Origin: Desulfobaccales bacterium
Lineage (GTDB): Bacteria; Desulfobacterota; Desulfobaccia; Desulfobaccales; 0-14-0-80-60-11
Direction of reading: 5' to 3'
DNA length: 64,000 bases
Assembly (NCBI GenBank): GCA_049696835.1
Contig: JBAVUP010000014.1
Location: forward strand, 332-64,331
In this document: positions 19,476 through 27,634 of the stretch, in pieces
Position numbering within the stretch: the first letter of the stretch is position 1
Layout: the number at the start of each line of letters is the position of its first letter
Made by a program: the position numbers and the translations under genes
The notes under the pieces: model-generated
What the model saw: only the letters and a program-made list of their open reading frames with translations
Databases searched by the model: none
What the model was told of the DNA's origin: nothing

Positions 19476-19805
19476 GGACTTTCTCCTAAAATTTGGACTT
19501 CATAAAACAGGTGCGCAGTGCGCACCCTACATTATTCTTGGTAGGGGGGCCGTCCCTGGCCGCCGCCAGGGAATCTTGCGGTTGTGCGAAGCGGCGGGCA
19601 CGGAAGCCCTACGGGTTGTTTGCTTAAAAAACCTTATCACAGGCGGAACCCCGGCGCCACTGGCCTGGCGACGGTGCCGGCAGTCTCCCGGCACCGGCGA
19701 GTCGGATAAATCAGCCGGGATCGCCCTAATCAGCCTACCCCTTTGGCGGGTAATCTTCTATAATGAACCTGGCCGACCGGCCAAATTATTCGCAGGAGAC
19801 TATCC

Positions 19806-20570
19806 ATGAAGATCGCCATCAGCGGCAAAGGCGGGGTGGGGAAAACCACCCTGGCGGCCCTTTTGATCAATTATTTCCGGAATCAGGGGAAGAAGGTCCT
19901 GGCGGTGGACGCCGACCCCGACGCCAACCTGGCCCTGGCCCTGGGCATCCCCGACCCGGAGAACATCACCCCCTTGAGCCAGATGAAGGAGATGATCGCC
20001 GAGCGCACCGATTCCCAGCCCGGGTCCATGGGGGGCTTCTTCAAGATGAACCCCAAGGTGGACGACATCCCGGAGAAATATGCCCGTGAGATGGACGGCG
20101 TCAAGCTCATTGTCATGGGGGGCGTCAAGAAAGGTGGCAGCGGCTGCATCTGTCCCGAGAGCGTGCTCTTGCGCACCCTGGTGACCCACCTGGTGCTCCT
20201 CCGGGATGAGGTGGTGGTCATGGACATGGAGGCGGGCATCGAGCACCTGGGCCGGGCCACGGCCCAGGGCGTGGACCGCCTGATCATCGTGGTGGAACCG
20301 GGGCGCCGCAGTCTCGAAACCGCCATGCACGTCAAGCAGTTGGCCGACGACCTCGGTCTCAAGAAAGTGGCGGTGGTAGGCAACAAGATCCGGAGCGCCG
20401 CCGACGAGGAGTTCCTCCGGACCAATCTCCCGGATTTTCCCATCCTGGGATTCATCCGCTTTGATGAAAAGATCATCGAAGCCGACCTCAAGGGGCGCCC
20501 GCCATATGAGGTGGTGCCGGCCCTGGCCGAGGTAGCCCAGACCATCGCCGAGAACCTCGTCGCTAAGTAA
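19806..20570 (+). CDS. CooC/AcsF-type P-loop ATPase (Ni-insertion accessory protein family)
   Basis: MKIAISGKGGVGKTTLAALL..., with the GSGCICPES CxC motif typical of CooC. No CO dehydrogenase gene in the window. Confidence 0.8.
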   Translation: MKIAISGKGGVGKTTLAALLINYFRNQGKKVLAVDADPDANLALALGIPDPENITPLSQMKEMIAERTDSQPGSMGGFFKMNPKVDDIPEKYAREMDGVKLIVMGGVKKGGSGCICPESVLLRTLVTHLVLLRDEVVVMDMEAGIEHLGRATAQGVDRLIIVVEPGRRSLETAMHVKQLADDLGLKKVAVVGNKIRSAADEEFLRTNLPDFPILGFIRFDEKIIEADLKGRPPYEVVPALAEVAQTIAENLVAK

Positions 20571-20577
20571 AATGATT

Positions 20578-20745
20578 GGGGCGAAAAGGCGGTAAAAACT
20601 TTGGGGCGAAAAGGAAAAAACGACTTTAATAACTTTTTTCTCTACTCAGGTGCCGTGCTGCCGGAAGCTTTGCAAGATGCATAACTTTAAGTTATTGTTC
20701 TTTCCCTTTTCGCCTTTTCGCCTTTTTTCCTTTTTCCCCTTCCTT
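20578..20745. repeat. Octamer inverted arrays: GCGAAAAG-type left arm (20578-20622), ~75-nt A+T-rich centre, CCTTTTCG-type right arm (20699-20745)
   Basis: Read directly: ggggcgaaaaggcggtaaaaactttggggcgaaaaggaaaaaacg ... tctttcccttttcgccttttcgccttttttcctttttccccttcc. Ends 5 nt before the ATG at 20751. Confidence 0.75.
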
Positions 20746-20750
20746 TAAAA

Positions 20751-22016
20751 ATGCCCAAGCCTTCCCCCACCACCCTGTCCCGATCCCTCAAGTTTCTGGT
20801 GGTGGGCGTTCTCTACTTTGCCGAAGGGGTGCCCTTCGGGTTTGTTTACACCACCCTGTCCTATTATCTCCGCAGCCGGGGAGTGCCCCTGGAGCAGATC
20901 GGCATCCTGAGCCTTCTGGGCCTGGCCTGGAGCCTCAAGGTCCTCTGGAGCCCATTGGCCGACCGTTTCGGCTCCCGGGCCGCCTGGCTGGTGCCGGCTC
21001 AGGCGCTGGTGGTCGCCAGCATGCTGGGGCTGGCCTGCCTGGCCAACGCGCCGATCACCCTGGCCTTTTGGGTCCTGGTGGGGGTCCTGTGCCTGGGCTC
21101 GGCCACCCAGGACCTGGCGGTGGACGCCTATACCATCGACCTGTTGGATACCGACGAACTCGGCATGGCCAACGGCATCCGCATCGGCGCCTACCGGGTC
21201 GGCCTCATTGCGGCGGGGGGCGGGGTGCTGATCCTGAGCGATCTGGTGGGCTGGAGCCCCACCTTCGTGGGCGTGGCCATCATCATGGCCGCCCTGTCCC
21301 TGACGGTCATCGCCTTCCGGCCCTTTCACCAGGCCCGCCCCGAAGTGGCCCGGCCCCAAACCGGCAAGGGTTTCGGCCAGATCAAGGAATCGGTGCAGGG
21401 CCTGATGCGCCACCCCCACATGGGGACCATCATCGTCTTCATTCTGGCTTACAAGGCCGGGGACGCCTTTCTGGGGGCCATGGTGAGCCCCTTTTGGCGG
21501 GACATGGGGTACAGCGGCACCCAATTCGGGCTGGCCTCCATCACCGTGGGGAAAATTCCGGCCATCCTGGGCGGGTTTGCCGGCGGCATGCTCACCGCCC
21601 GCTGGGGCATCAGCCGGGCCCTGTGGGTCCTGGGGATCTTCCAGGCCTGCTCCATCCTGGGCTACTGGGCCGCGGCGCTCCCGGGCGCCTGGAGCGGCAC
21701 CATCTATCTGGCCACCCTGGGTGACAACCTGGCGGGCCAGATGGGCTCCGCGGCGTTCATGGCCTTCCTCATGTGCCTGTGCGACAAGCGCTTCAGCGCC
21801 TCCCACTACGCCTTCCTGTCCATGCTCTTCGGCCTGAGCGGCCGCCTGTGCGGCTATGTCGGGGGCTGGGCCGCGGCGTATCTCGGCTACGCCACCTTTT
21901 TCTTCCTGAGCTTCCTCATCGCCTGGCCGGCGTTCGCCCTGCTCCCCTGGGTCCTGCCCGTGGTGCGGCGGATCGAAGGACAGGGGTCAGGGGATAGGGG
22001 TCAGGGGTCAGGATGA
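20751..22016 (+). CDS. AmpG-like MFS permease (muropeptide/PAT family)
   Basis: 421 aa, multi-TM, ...LYFAEGVPFGFVYTTLSYYLRSRGVPLEQIGILSLLGLAWSLKVLWSPLADRF... The C-terminal GQGSGDRGQGSG is encoded by a heptamer array. Confidence 0.8.
   Translation: MPKPSPTTLSRSLKFLVVGVLYFAEGVPFGFVYTTLSYYLRSRGVPLEQIGILSLLGLAWSLKVLWSPLADRFGSRAAWLVPAQALVVASMLGLACLANAPITLAFWVLVGVLCLGSATQDLAVDAYTIDLLDTDELGMANGIRIGAYRVGLIAAGGGVLILSDLVGWSPTFVGVAIIMAALSLTVIAFRPFHQARPEVARPQTGKGFGQIKESVQGLMRHPHMGTIIVFILAYKAGDAFLGAMVSPFWRDMGYSGTQFGLASITVGKIPAILGGFAGGMLTARWGISRALWVLGIFQACSILGYWAAALPGAWSGTIYLATLGDNLAGQMGSAAFMAFLMCLCDKRFSASHYAFLSMLFGLSGRLCGYVGGWAAAYLGYATFFFLSFLIAWPAFALLPWVLPVVRRIEGQGSGDRGQGSG
21981..22012. repeat. Heptamer array CAGGGGT CAGGGGA TAGGGGT CAGGGGT CAGG inside the 3' end of the AmpG-like CDS; canonical G-quadruplex motif
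   Basis: Read directly: four GGGG tracts separated by 3-nt loops. Confidence 0.85.
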
Positions 22017-22152
22017 GATATATTGGTTTTTTCGCTGGCAGGTAATCACTATATAAAAAAGAAAATGCCTTTCCCGCGTAGGGGCACGGCGTGCCGTGCC
22101 CTTAAAAGGTTTTGGCGGATTGAAGCCATCAAGATCACCCGGTGGTAATAAG

Positions 22153-22190
22153 GTCAAAACCTAAAACTGGCAACTGACCACTGGCAACTG
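22153..22190. repeat. Heptamer array GTCAAAA CCTAAAA CTGGCAA CTGACCA CTGGCAA CTG, partner arm of 21981-22012
   Basis: Read directly. Partially complementary to the left arm (TGGTCAG against GGGTCAG). Ends 1 nt before the ATG at 22192. Confidence 0.7.
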
Positions 22191-22191
22191 C

Positions 22192-22728
22192 ATGACTCGA
22201 ATTCTCCTTACCGGGCCGCCGCAGTGCGGCAAGACCACGGTGGTGCAGAAGGTGGTGGCCCACTTTCCGGGCAGGGCCGCCGGATTTTACACCCGGGAGG
22301 TGCGGGAGCGCGGCCGCCGCCTGGGGTTTGAAATCGTCACCCTGGAAGGGGAAACCGCGCTTCTCAGTCATGTGGATTTTCCCGGCCCCTACCGGGTGGG
22401 GAAGTATGGGGTGGATCTGGACAACTTCCATCGGGTGGCCCTGCCGGTCCTCACGTTTCGACCGGGGACCGACCTCATCGTGGTGGACGAAGTGGGCAAG
22501 ATGGAGTGTCTCTCGGACCGATTCGTGGCTGCCCTGGAACGCCTGTGGGGGACGCCGGTGGCGCTCCTGGTTACGGTGGCCGAAAAAGGCGGCGGCTTCA
22601 TCGCGGCCCTAAAAGCCAGGCCGGCCAAAATGCTGCTCACCGTCACCCCGGCCAACCGGGAGGGGTTACCGGCGCACCTCTTGGAACTTCTGGGCAGGGC
22701 CATGCCGGGACCGGGGCAGGACCCCTGA
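22192..22728 (+). CDS. THEP1-type nucleoside-triphosphatase
   Basis: MTRILLTGPPQCGKTTVVQKVV...LGFEIVTLEGE...DLIVVDEVGKMEC. Confidence 0.8.
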   Translation: MTRILLTGPPQCGKTTVVQKVVAHFPGRAAGFYTREVRERGRRLGFEIVTLEGETALLSHVDFPGPYRVGKYGVDLDNFHRVALPVLTFRPGTDLIVVDEVGKMECLSDRFVAALERLWGTPVALLVTVAEKGGGFIAALKARPAKMLLTVTPANREGLPAHLLELLGRAMPGPGQDP

Positions 22729-22757
22729 TCACCCTGGACTCTACTGCCTGCCAGGCG

Positions 22758-23003
22758 TTACAATTGAGGATCAATATGGCCGGGGCCGCCACATTCCGGC
22801 GTGTAGCAGGTGATATTCAGGAAATCGCATTTCTGGTGACAACTGGGACACTCTTCCGGGGGCCTGGTCGCGCTCATCGTAAAGTTGCACTTGCTACATC
22901 GCCAATAAGTCAGGTTGCATTGAGGGCAGATATCCCCGGTGAATTTGCCGGAAGCGGTATAGCCGCACAGGGCACATTCCTTTTGTTCTTCCTGGGTCGC
23001 CAT
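22758..23003 (-). CDS. Small multi-CxxC zinc-ribbon / rubredoxin-like protein
   Basis: MATQEEQKECALCGY...GDICPQCN...WRCSKCNF...ECPSCHQKCDF. GGAGGTG RBS upstream of ATG 23003. Confidence 0.65.
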   Translation of the reverse strand: MATQEEQKECALCGYTASGKFTGDICPQCNLTYWRCSKCNFTMSATRPPEECPSCHQKCDFLNITCYTPECGGPGHIDPQL

Positions 23004-23222
23004 CAGTCTCACCTCCCTTTTCCCGGTCAGGGATATTCGACCCAAACCGGCAATTCTTTTTGAGTCTTATACTAAAAATAAGATGGCGATGCCGGGCAGT
23101 CAAGGAAGAGGCTGTTTGAGGCTTCGGGTTGGCAGCCTGGGCTTGGCAGCCATATGGGCAGGATCATGAAGATTCCCGGTATGTTGCAAACTCGCCGGCT
23201 GGTGACTATACTGTCAATTGGG

Positions 23223-24116
23223 ATGGAGAAAGAAACCTGGATTGAGGCGCGCGTCCTGGTGCCCGCCCGGATGCAGGAAGAGGCCTCCCTGTTTCTCACC
23301 GATTTCAGCGGCCGGGGGGTGATCATCGAGGAGGACGACGTCCCTCCGGGGGGCGTGGTCATCCGGGCCTATTTCCGGCCGGAGGAGTACGGCGCCTGGC
23401 AGCGCCAGGAATTGCAGGACTATCTCAAGCGCCTGAGCAATTACGAGCTCAATCCCCTGGGGCTGGAGACCCGCCAGGTGGCGGAAGAGGACTGGGCCGA
23501 GGTCTGGAAGGCCCACTTCAAGCCCCTGAAGGTGACGGACCGTCTGGTCATCCGGCCGCCCTGGGAGGACTACGCCGCCCAGCCGGGGGAGACGGTGATC
23601 ACCATCTATCCCGGCATGGCCTTCGGCACCGGCCGCCACGCCAGCACCCTGCTGTGCCTGCGGGCCCTGGAGCAGGTGTGGGGGCAGCGCCTGCCGCGCG
23701 CGGGGAACCCGTGGCAGGTCCTGGACGTGGGCACCGGCACCGGCATCCTGGCCCTGGCCGCGGCGCGCCTGGGGGCCGAAGTCCTGGCCATCGATCTGGA
23801 CCCGGAGGCGGTGGCCGCGGCCCTGGAGAACGTGCGCCTCAACCACCTGGTGGAACAGGTATGGGTGGAGGAGACGCCGTTGACCTCGCTGCGGCAGCAA
23901 TTCGCCCTGATCCTGGCCAATATCACCGCCCCGGATTTGCTGCAACTGGCCGAGGCCCTGACGGCCCGGCTGGTGAGCGACGGGGTCTTGATCATCTCGG
24001 GTTTCCTGGCCGATGACGTCCCCGCCCTCGAGGCCCGCTACGAGGGTCTGGGTTTGCATAAGGCCGGGTTGCTCACCCAGGAGGATTGGGGCGCCTTGAT
24101 TTTCCGGCGTTCTTAG
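23223..24116 (+). CDS. prmA: Ribosomal protein L11 methyltransferase
   Basis: MEKETWIEARVLVP...IYPGMAFGTGRHASTLLCL...VLDVGTGTGILALAAARLGA...ANI. Confidence 0.88.
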   Translation: MEKETWIEARVLVPARMQEEASLFLTDFSGRGVIIEEDDVPPGGVVIRAYFRPEEYGAWQRQELQDYLKRLSNYELNPLGLETRQVAEEDWAEVWKAHFKPLKVTDRLVIRPPWEDYAAQPGETVITIYPGMAFGTGRHASTLLCLRALEQVWGQRLPRAGNPWQVLDVGTGTGILALAAARLGAEVLAIDLDPEAVAAALENVRLNHLVEQVWVEETPLTSLRQQFALILANITAPDLLQLAEALTARLVSDGVLIISGFLADDVPALEARYEGLGLHKAGLLTQEDWGALIFRRS

Positions 24117-24201
24117 GCATCAGGCGTAATCTCAACGTATCGATTGATGCTCATGTGGCGCTTCATAATTACTTATGACATTGCAAAGCACGGTTTTTTA
24201 A

Positions 24202-24288
24202 CTCCCTTTTCTCAAGAGGGGTAAGGGGGGATTAGATAACCGCTTCATAATCCCCCTAAATCCCCCTTTAGAAAAGGGGGACTTTAAG
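24202..24288. repeat. Palindromic pair of ~35-nt C5/G5-rich units (unit about AATCCCCCTAAATCCCCCTTTAGAAAAGGGGGAC)
   Basis: ctcccttttctcaagaggggtaaggggggatt (24202-33) is approximately the reverse complement of aatccccctaaatccccctttagaaaagggggacttta (24249-86). A second copy lies at 28774-28866. Confidence 0.8.
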
Positions 24289-24361
24289 GGTTCTAAGCCC
24301 GGGGTCAGCATTTTTTTATACTTTTCATGAAGCATAACACTAGACGGTCTCGAATGACGAG

Positions 24362-24673
24362 GTGAAGGTTATGAAAGAATTACTACACAAGGCCTGGTTG
24401 TTTGGTGTGGGGGTCTTCGATTTCACCAAGGAAAAGGTGGAGGTTCTGGTGCAGGACATGGTGCAGCGGGGGGAAATAACCCAGCAGGAGAGCCCCGAAG
24501 CCGTCAAACAATTACTGGCCAAGGCCCAGGATGCCCAGCAGGCCCTGGTGGACAAGGTCAAGGAGTTCACCCGGAGCGCTATTGACGAAATCAAGGTGGC
24601 CAAGGCCTCGGACCTGGCAGCCCTGGAAAAGCGGGTGGCCGCCCTGGAAGAGGCCCTGAAAGGCAGGGGTTAG
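24362..24673 (+). CDS. Phasin-like coiled-coil protein (PHA granule-associated/regulator family)
   Basis: MKELLHKAWLFGVGVFDFTKEKVEVLVQDMVQRGEI... GTG 24362 or ATG 24371 could be the start. Confidence 0.6.
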   Translation: MKVMKELLHKAWLFGVGVFDFTKEKVEVLVQDMVQRGEITQQESPEAVKQLLAKAQDAQQALVDKVKEFTRSAIDEIKVAKASDLAALEKRVAALEEALKGRG

Positions 24674-24769
24674 GGGTCAGGGATCAGGGGTTAGTACAAG
24701 AACGGCTCCGGCATCAGAACCTAAAACCTAAAACCTAAAACCCAGAACTTTGAACTTTGAACCTTGAAC
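24664..24769. repeat. Heptamer inverted arrays: CAGGGGT TAGGGGT CAGGGAT CAGGGGT TAG (24664-94), 19-nt centre, eight xxxxAAC units (CTAAAAC x3, CCAGAAC, TTTGAAC x2, CTTGAAC; 24714-69)
   Basis: Read directly. The left arm spans the phasin-like stop codon and is a G-quadruplex motif. Same unit family as 21981-22190. Confidence 0.85.
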
Positions 24770-24780
24770 CTCGATTGATC

Positions 24781-25509
24781 ATGCGCCGCTTTTACGCCCA
24801 GCCGCATCAATTTCACCAGGGTTTGGTGATTCTGGACCCCGAGGAGACCTTGCATCTAACCCGGGTCTTGCGCCTGGGAATGGGCGCCCGGGTGGAGGTT
24901 TGCGACGGCCGGGGGGGGAATTTCGCCGCGCAGGTGGACGGCGTGGAATCCCGGGGGGCCGTGCTCCGCATCCTCAAGCAACTGGACCCCTGGGGGGAGT
25001 CGCCGCTGCCTCTGGTCCTGGGGATCGGCCTGGCCAAAGGGGAAACCCTGGATGAGGCCATCCGCCAGGCCACCGAGATGGGGGTCAGCCGGATCATTCC
25101 CTTGATCTCGGAGCGCTCGGAACGGCTCTCGCCGGAGCGGGTGGCGCGGCGTCGGGGGCGCTGGCAGCGGCTGGCCCGGGAGAGCATCAAATCCTGTCAG
25201 CGCTCTTTTTTGCCCCTTATTACGCCCCCGCAGGATTTTGCCGCAGCCCTGGCCGGGACTGAGGAAGTCAAGCTCCTCTTCTGGGAAGAGGAGCGGGGCG
25301 GGGGCCTCAAATCCGTGTTGCAGCGACCCCGGCCCCGGGACGTCAGGATGCTCATCGGGCCGGAGGGCGGCTTTTCTTCCGAGGAAGCGGCTCTGGCCCG
25401 GGAGGCCGGCTTCCACATGGTGAGTCTGGGGCCTCGCCGCCTCAAGGTGGCCACCGCGGCGCTGGCGGCCATCGCCCTGGTGCAATACGCCTGGGGGGAT
25501 CTGGCCTGA
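24781..25509 (+). CDS. rsmE: 16S rRNA (uracil1498-N3)-methyltransferase
   Basis: MRRFYAQPHQF...HLTRVLRLGMGARVEVCDGRGG...LIGPEGGFSSEE... Confidence 0.88.
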   Translation: MRRFYAQPHQFHQGLVILDPEETLHLTRVLRLGMGARVEVCDGRGGNFAAQVDGVESRGAVLRILKQLDPWGESPLPLVLGIGLAKGETLDEAIRQATEMGVSRIIPLISERSERLSPERVARRRGRWQRLARESIKSCQRSFLPLITPPQDFAAALAGTEEVKLLFWEEERGGGLKSVLQRPRPRDVRMLIGPEGGFSSEEAALAREAGFHMVSLGPRRLKVATAALAAIALVQYAWGDLA

Positions 25510-26465
25510 TGGCCGCGGCGCTGCCCTATCGGGATCTCAATTCCTATCTGAGGGCGCGGTTCGGCGAGCGGGTGCAAAAAATCAGTCTGGATGCCGGGCT
25601 GACTTGCCCCAACCGGGACGGCCGGGTGGGCACCGGGGGCTGTTTGTATTGCAACCCCCGGGGGTCCGGCACCGGCGCCTGGGCCCGGGGCCAGAGCCTG
25701 GCGGCCCAGATGGCCGAGGGCATGGCCCGCCTGTCCCGGCGCTATCAGGCCACCAAGTTCATCGCCTATTTCCAGAGTTTTTCCAACACCTATGCGCCCG
25801 TAGAAAGGCTCCGGGAGCGCTATGGGGCGGCCCTGGCCTTCCCCGAGGTGGTGGGCCTGAGCATCGGCACCCGCCCGGATTGCCTGGCGGACGAGGTCCT
25901 GGACCTGCTGGCCGGTTATGCGCCGGAGCGGCTGGTGTGGCTGGAGTTGGGGCTGCAATCCGCCCATGACGCCACCTTAAAGCGGCTCAACCGCGGACAC
26001 GACGTGGCCTGCTTCACCGCGGCCGTAGGCCGGGCGGCGGCCCGGGGCCTCGACGTGGTGGCCCACGTGATTCTGGGGCTGCCGGGGGAAGGCCCCCGGG
26101 AGATGGCGGCCACCGCCGACTATCTGGCGCGCCTGCCCTTGCACGGCGTCAAAATCCACTTACTCTATGTCGTCAAGGATTCCGGCTTGGCCCGGCTCCA
26201 CGACGCCGGGGAGTATGGGTGCCTCAATGAAGACCAGTATGTCGAGCTGGTGGTGGATTTCATCGAACGCCTGCCGCCCCACCTGGTGATCCACCGGCTT
26301 ACCGGCGACCCGCATGCCGGGGAACTGCTGGCTCCGGCCTGGTGTCTGGACAAGTCTCGGGTTCTGAAGCGCCTGCGGGAAGAATTCGCCCGCCGGGGTT
26401 CCGGTCAGGGACATCATTGGGGGGGATGGCCGCAGGCCTCATTCACCTTGTTCACCGAACCATGA
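25509..26465 (+). CDS. Radical SAM protein, TIGR01212 (YhcC-like) family
   Basis: ...KISLDAGLTCPNRDGRVGTGGCLYCN...; 318 aa. Confidence 0.82.
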   Translation: MAAALPYRDLNSYLRARFGERVQKISLDAGLTCPNRDGRVGTGGCLYCNPRGSGTGAWARGQSLAAQMAEGMARLSRRYQATKFIAYFQSFSNTYAPVERLRERYGAALAFPEVVGLSIGTRPDCLADEVLDLLAGYAPERLVWLELGLQSAHDATLKRLNRGHDVACFTAAVGRAAARGLDVVAHVILGLPGEGPREMAATADYLARLPLHGVKIHLLYVVKDSGLARLHDAGEYGCLNEDQYVELVVDFIERLPPHLVIHRLTGDPHAGELLAPAWCLDKSRVLKRLREEFARRGSGQGHHWGGWPQASFTLFTEP

Positions 26466-26479
26466 TATAAGGGGAGCAC

Positions 26480-26725
26480 ATGGAACTGCCGCATCCGGCC
26501 AATAGCCCGGAGGGCCCAGCCATCGCAGCGGAACCTGAAAGTATCCTGTCTGAGTTGGCTACCTACCTGGGGGCCAAGCCCGACATGGCCGACCGGGCCG
26601 AATATCTTTTCTTTCTGACCGCGTCCAGCGTTTTTCTCCTGGGGATATTGGCCTTCCTGGGGTATATTTACTTGGACCCGGTGCGGGAACGGCTGTACCA
26701 GGTGGTCCTCAACAAGGAGGAGTAG
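26480..26725 (+). CDS. Hypothetical small membrane protein
   Basis: 81-aa ORF with one hydrophobic helix, YLFFLTASSVFLLGILAFLGYIYL. No family recognised. Confidence 0.45.
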   Translation: MELPHPANSPEGPAIAAEPESILSELATYLGAKPDMADRAEYLFFLTASSVFLLGILAFLGYIYLDPVRERLYQVVLNKEE

Positions 26726-26760
26726 CCCCTGCGCCGCAGCGGGTCTTATATCTCACGGGC

Positions 26761-27564
26761 ATGGCTGGATTGATGGGGAAGGATGAGAATCGCCCGCCCG
26801 AAGCGCTGGCGGCGCCGGGACGGCAAGGGTGGTGGAAAAGCCGATCGGCGATCTGGGGGCTGCTGGGCTTCCTGGCCATCCTGGGGCTCATGTTCTGGGG
26901 TTTCCATTACCGTGCCTACCTCTGGGGCCAGGTGTGCCATATATCCGGCCTCTGCGCCAACAAGGTCTGGATTAAGGCACAGCTGAAGGCCGCGGGGCCC
27001 CTGGCGCCCCTCGTATTCATCCTGATCCAGGCCCTCCAGGTGGTCTTTGCCCCCATTCCCGGCGAAGCCACCGGCTTCATCGGCGGCTACCTGTTCGGGG
27101 CGCCCTTAGGGCTGTTGTACTCCACCCTGGGTCTGACCTTCGGCTCGCTGGGCGCCTTTCTCATCGCCCGCTGGCTGGAAGAGCACTATGTGAAACGGTG
27201 GATTCCGGCGGACATTCTCCATAAATTCGACTTTTTGATGGAACGCCAGGGGGCCCTGATTTCCTTCATCCTCTTTTTGCTTCCCGGTTTCCCCAAGGAT
27301 TACCTCTGCTTCGTATTGGGCCTGAGCCGCATGCCCCTGAAGCTCTTTTTGCTAATCGTCACGGTGGGGCGGCTGCCCGGCACCCTGCTCCTGACCCTGC
27401 AGGGGGCCAAAGTCTATAAGGGCGACTATTACAGCACCCTCATCATCCTGGGGCTGTGCCTGGTGCTCGTCGTTGTGCTGGGATATTACCGGGAGGCGGC
27501 ATACCGCTGGATCAGGCGGTTTGACCATCCGGAGAATCAGGCGCCGGGGTCTGGAAACCCGTAA
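26761..27564 (+). CDS. TVP38/TMEM64 (DedA-related) family membrane protein
   Basis: 267 aa, multi-TM, ...VFAPIPGEATGFIGGYLFG... Confidence 0.78.
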   Translation: MAGLMGKDENRPPEALAAPGRQGWWKSRSAIWGLLGFLAILGLMFWGFHYRAYLWGQVCHISGLCANKVWIKAQLKAAGPLAPLVFILIQALQVVFAPIPGEATGFIGGYLFGAPLGLLYSTLGLTFGSLGAFLIARWLEEHYVKRWIPADILHKFDFLMERQGALISFILFLLPGFPKDYLCFVLGLSRMPLKLFLLIVTVGRLPGTLLLTLQGAKVYKGDYYSTLIILGLCLVLVVVLGYYREAAYRWIRRFDHPENQAPGSGNP

Positions 27565-27634
27565 GGTGCAGGAAGGGTAGGGGTTGGCGCTTCCGGCCCC
27601 CTGCCTCAACATAATCCGAGAAAGGGGGCACATC

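Noticed and set aside
22167-22190. Sigma-54 promoter-like TGGCAA...TGGCAACTGC upstream of the NTPase gene.
   Set aside because: The GG and GC elements are not at the required -24/-12 spacing, and the sequence is simply two copies of the CTGGCAA heptamer unit.
24664-24694. Telomere-like repeat (TTAGGGG/TCAGGGG units), suggesting a linear replicon end.
   Set aside because: The repeat is embedded between ordinary chromosomal genes with continuous sequence on both sides, and it has only about 4 units. It is better described as a G-quadruplex-capable arm of the heptamer elements.
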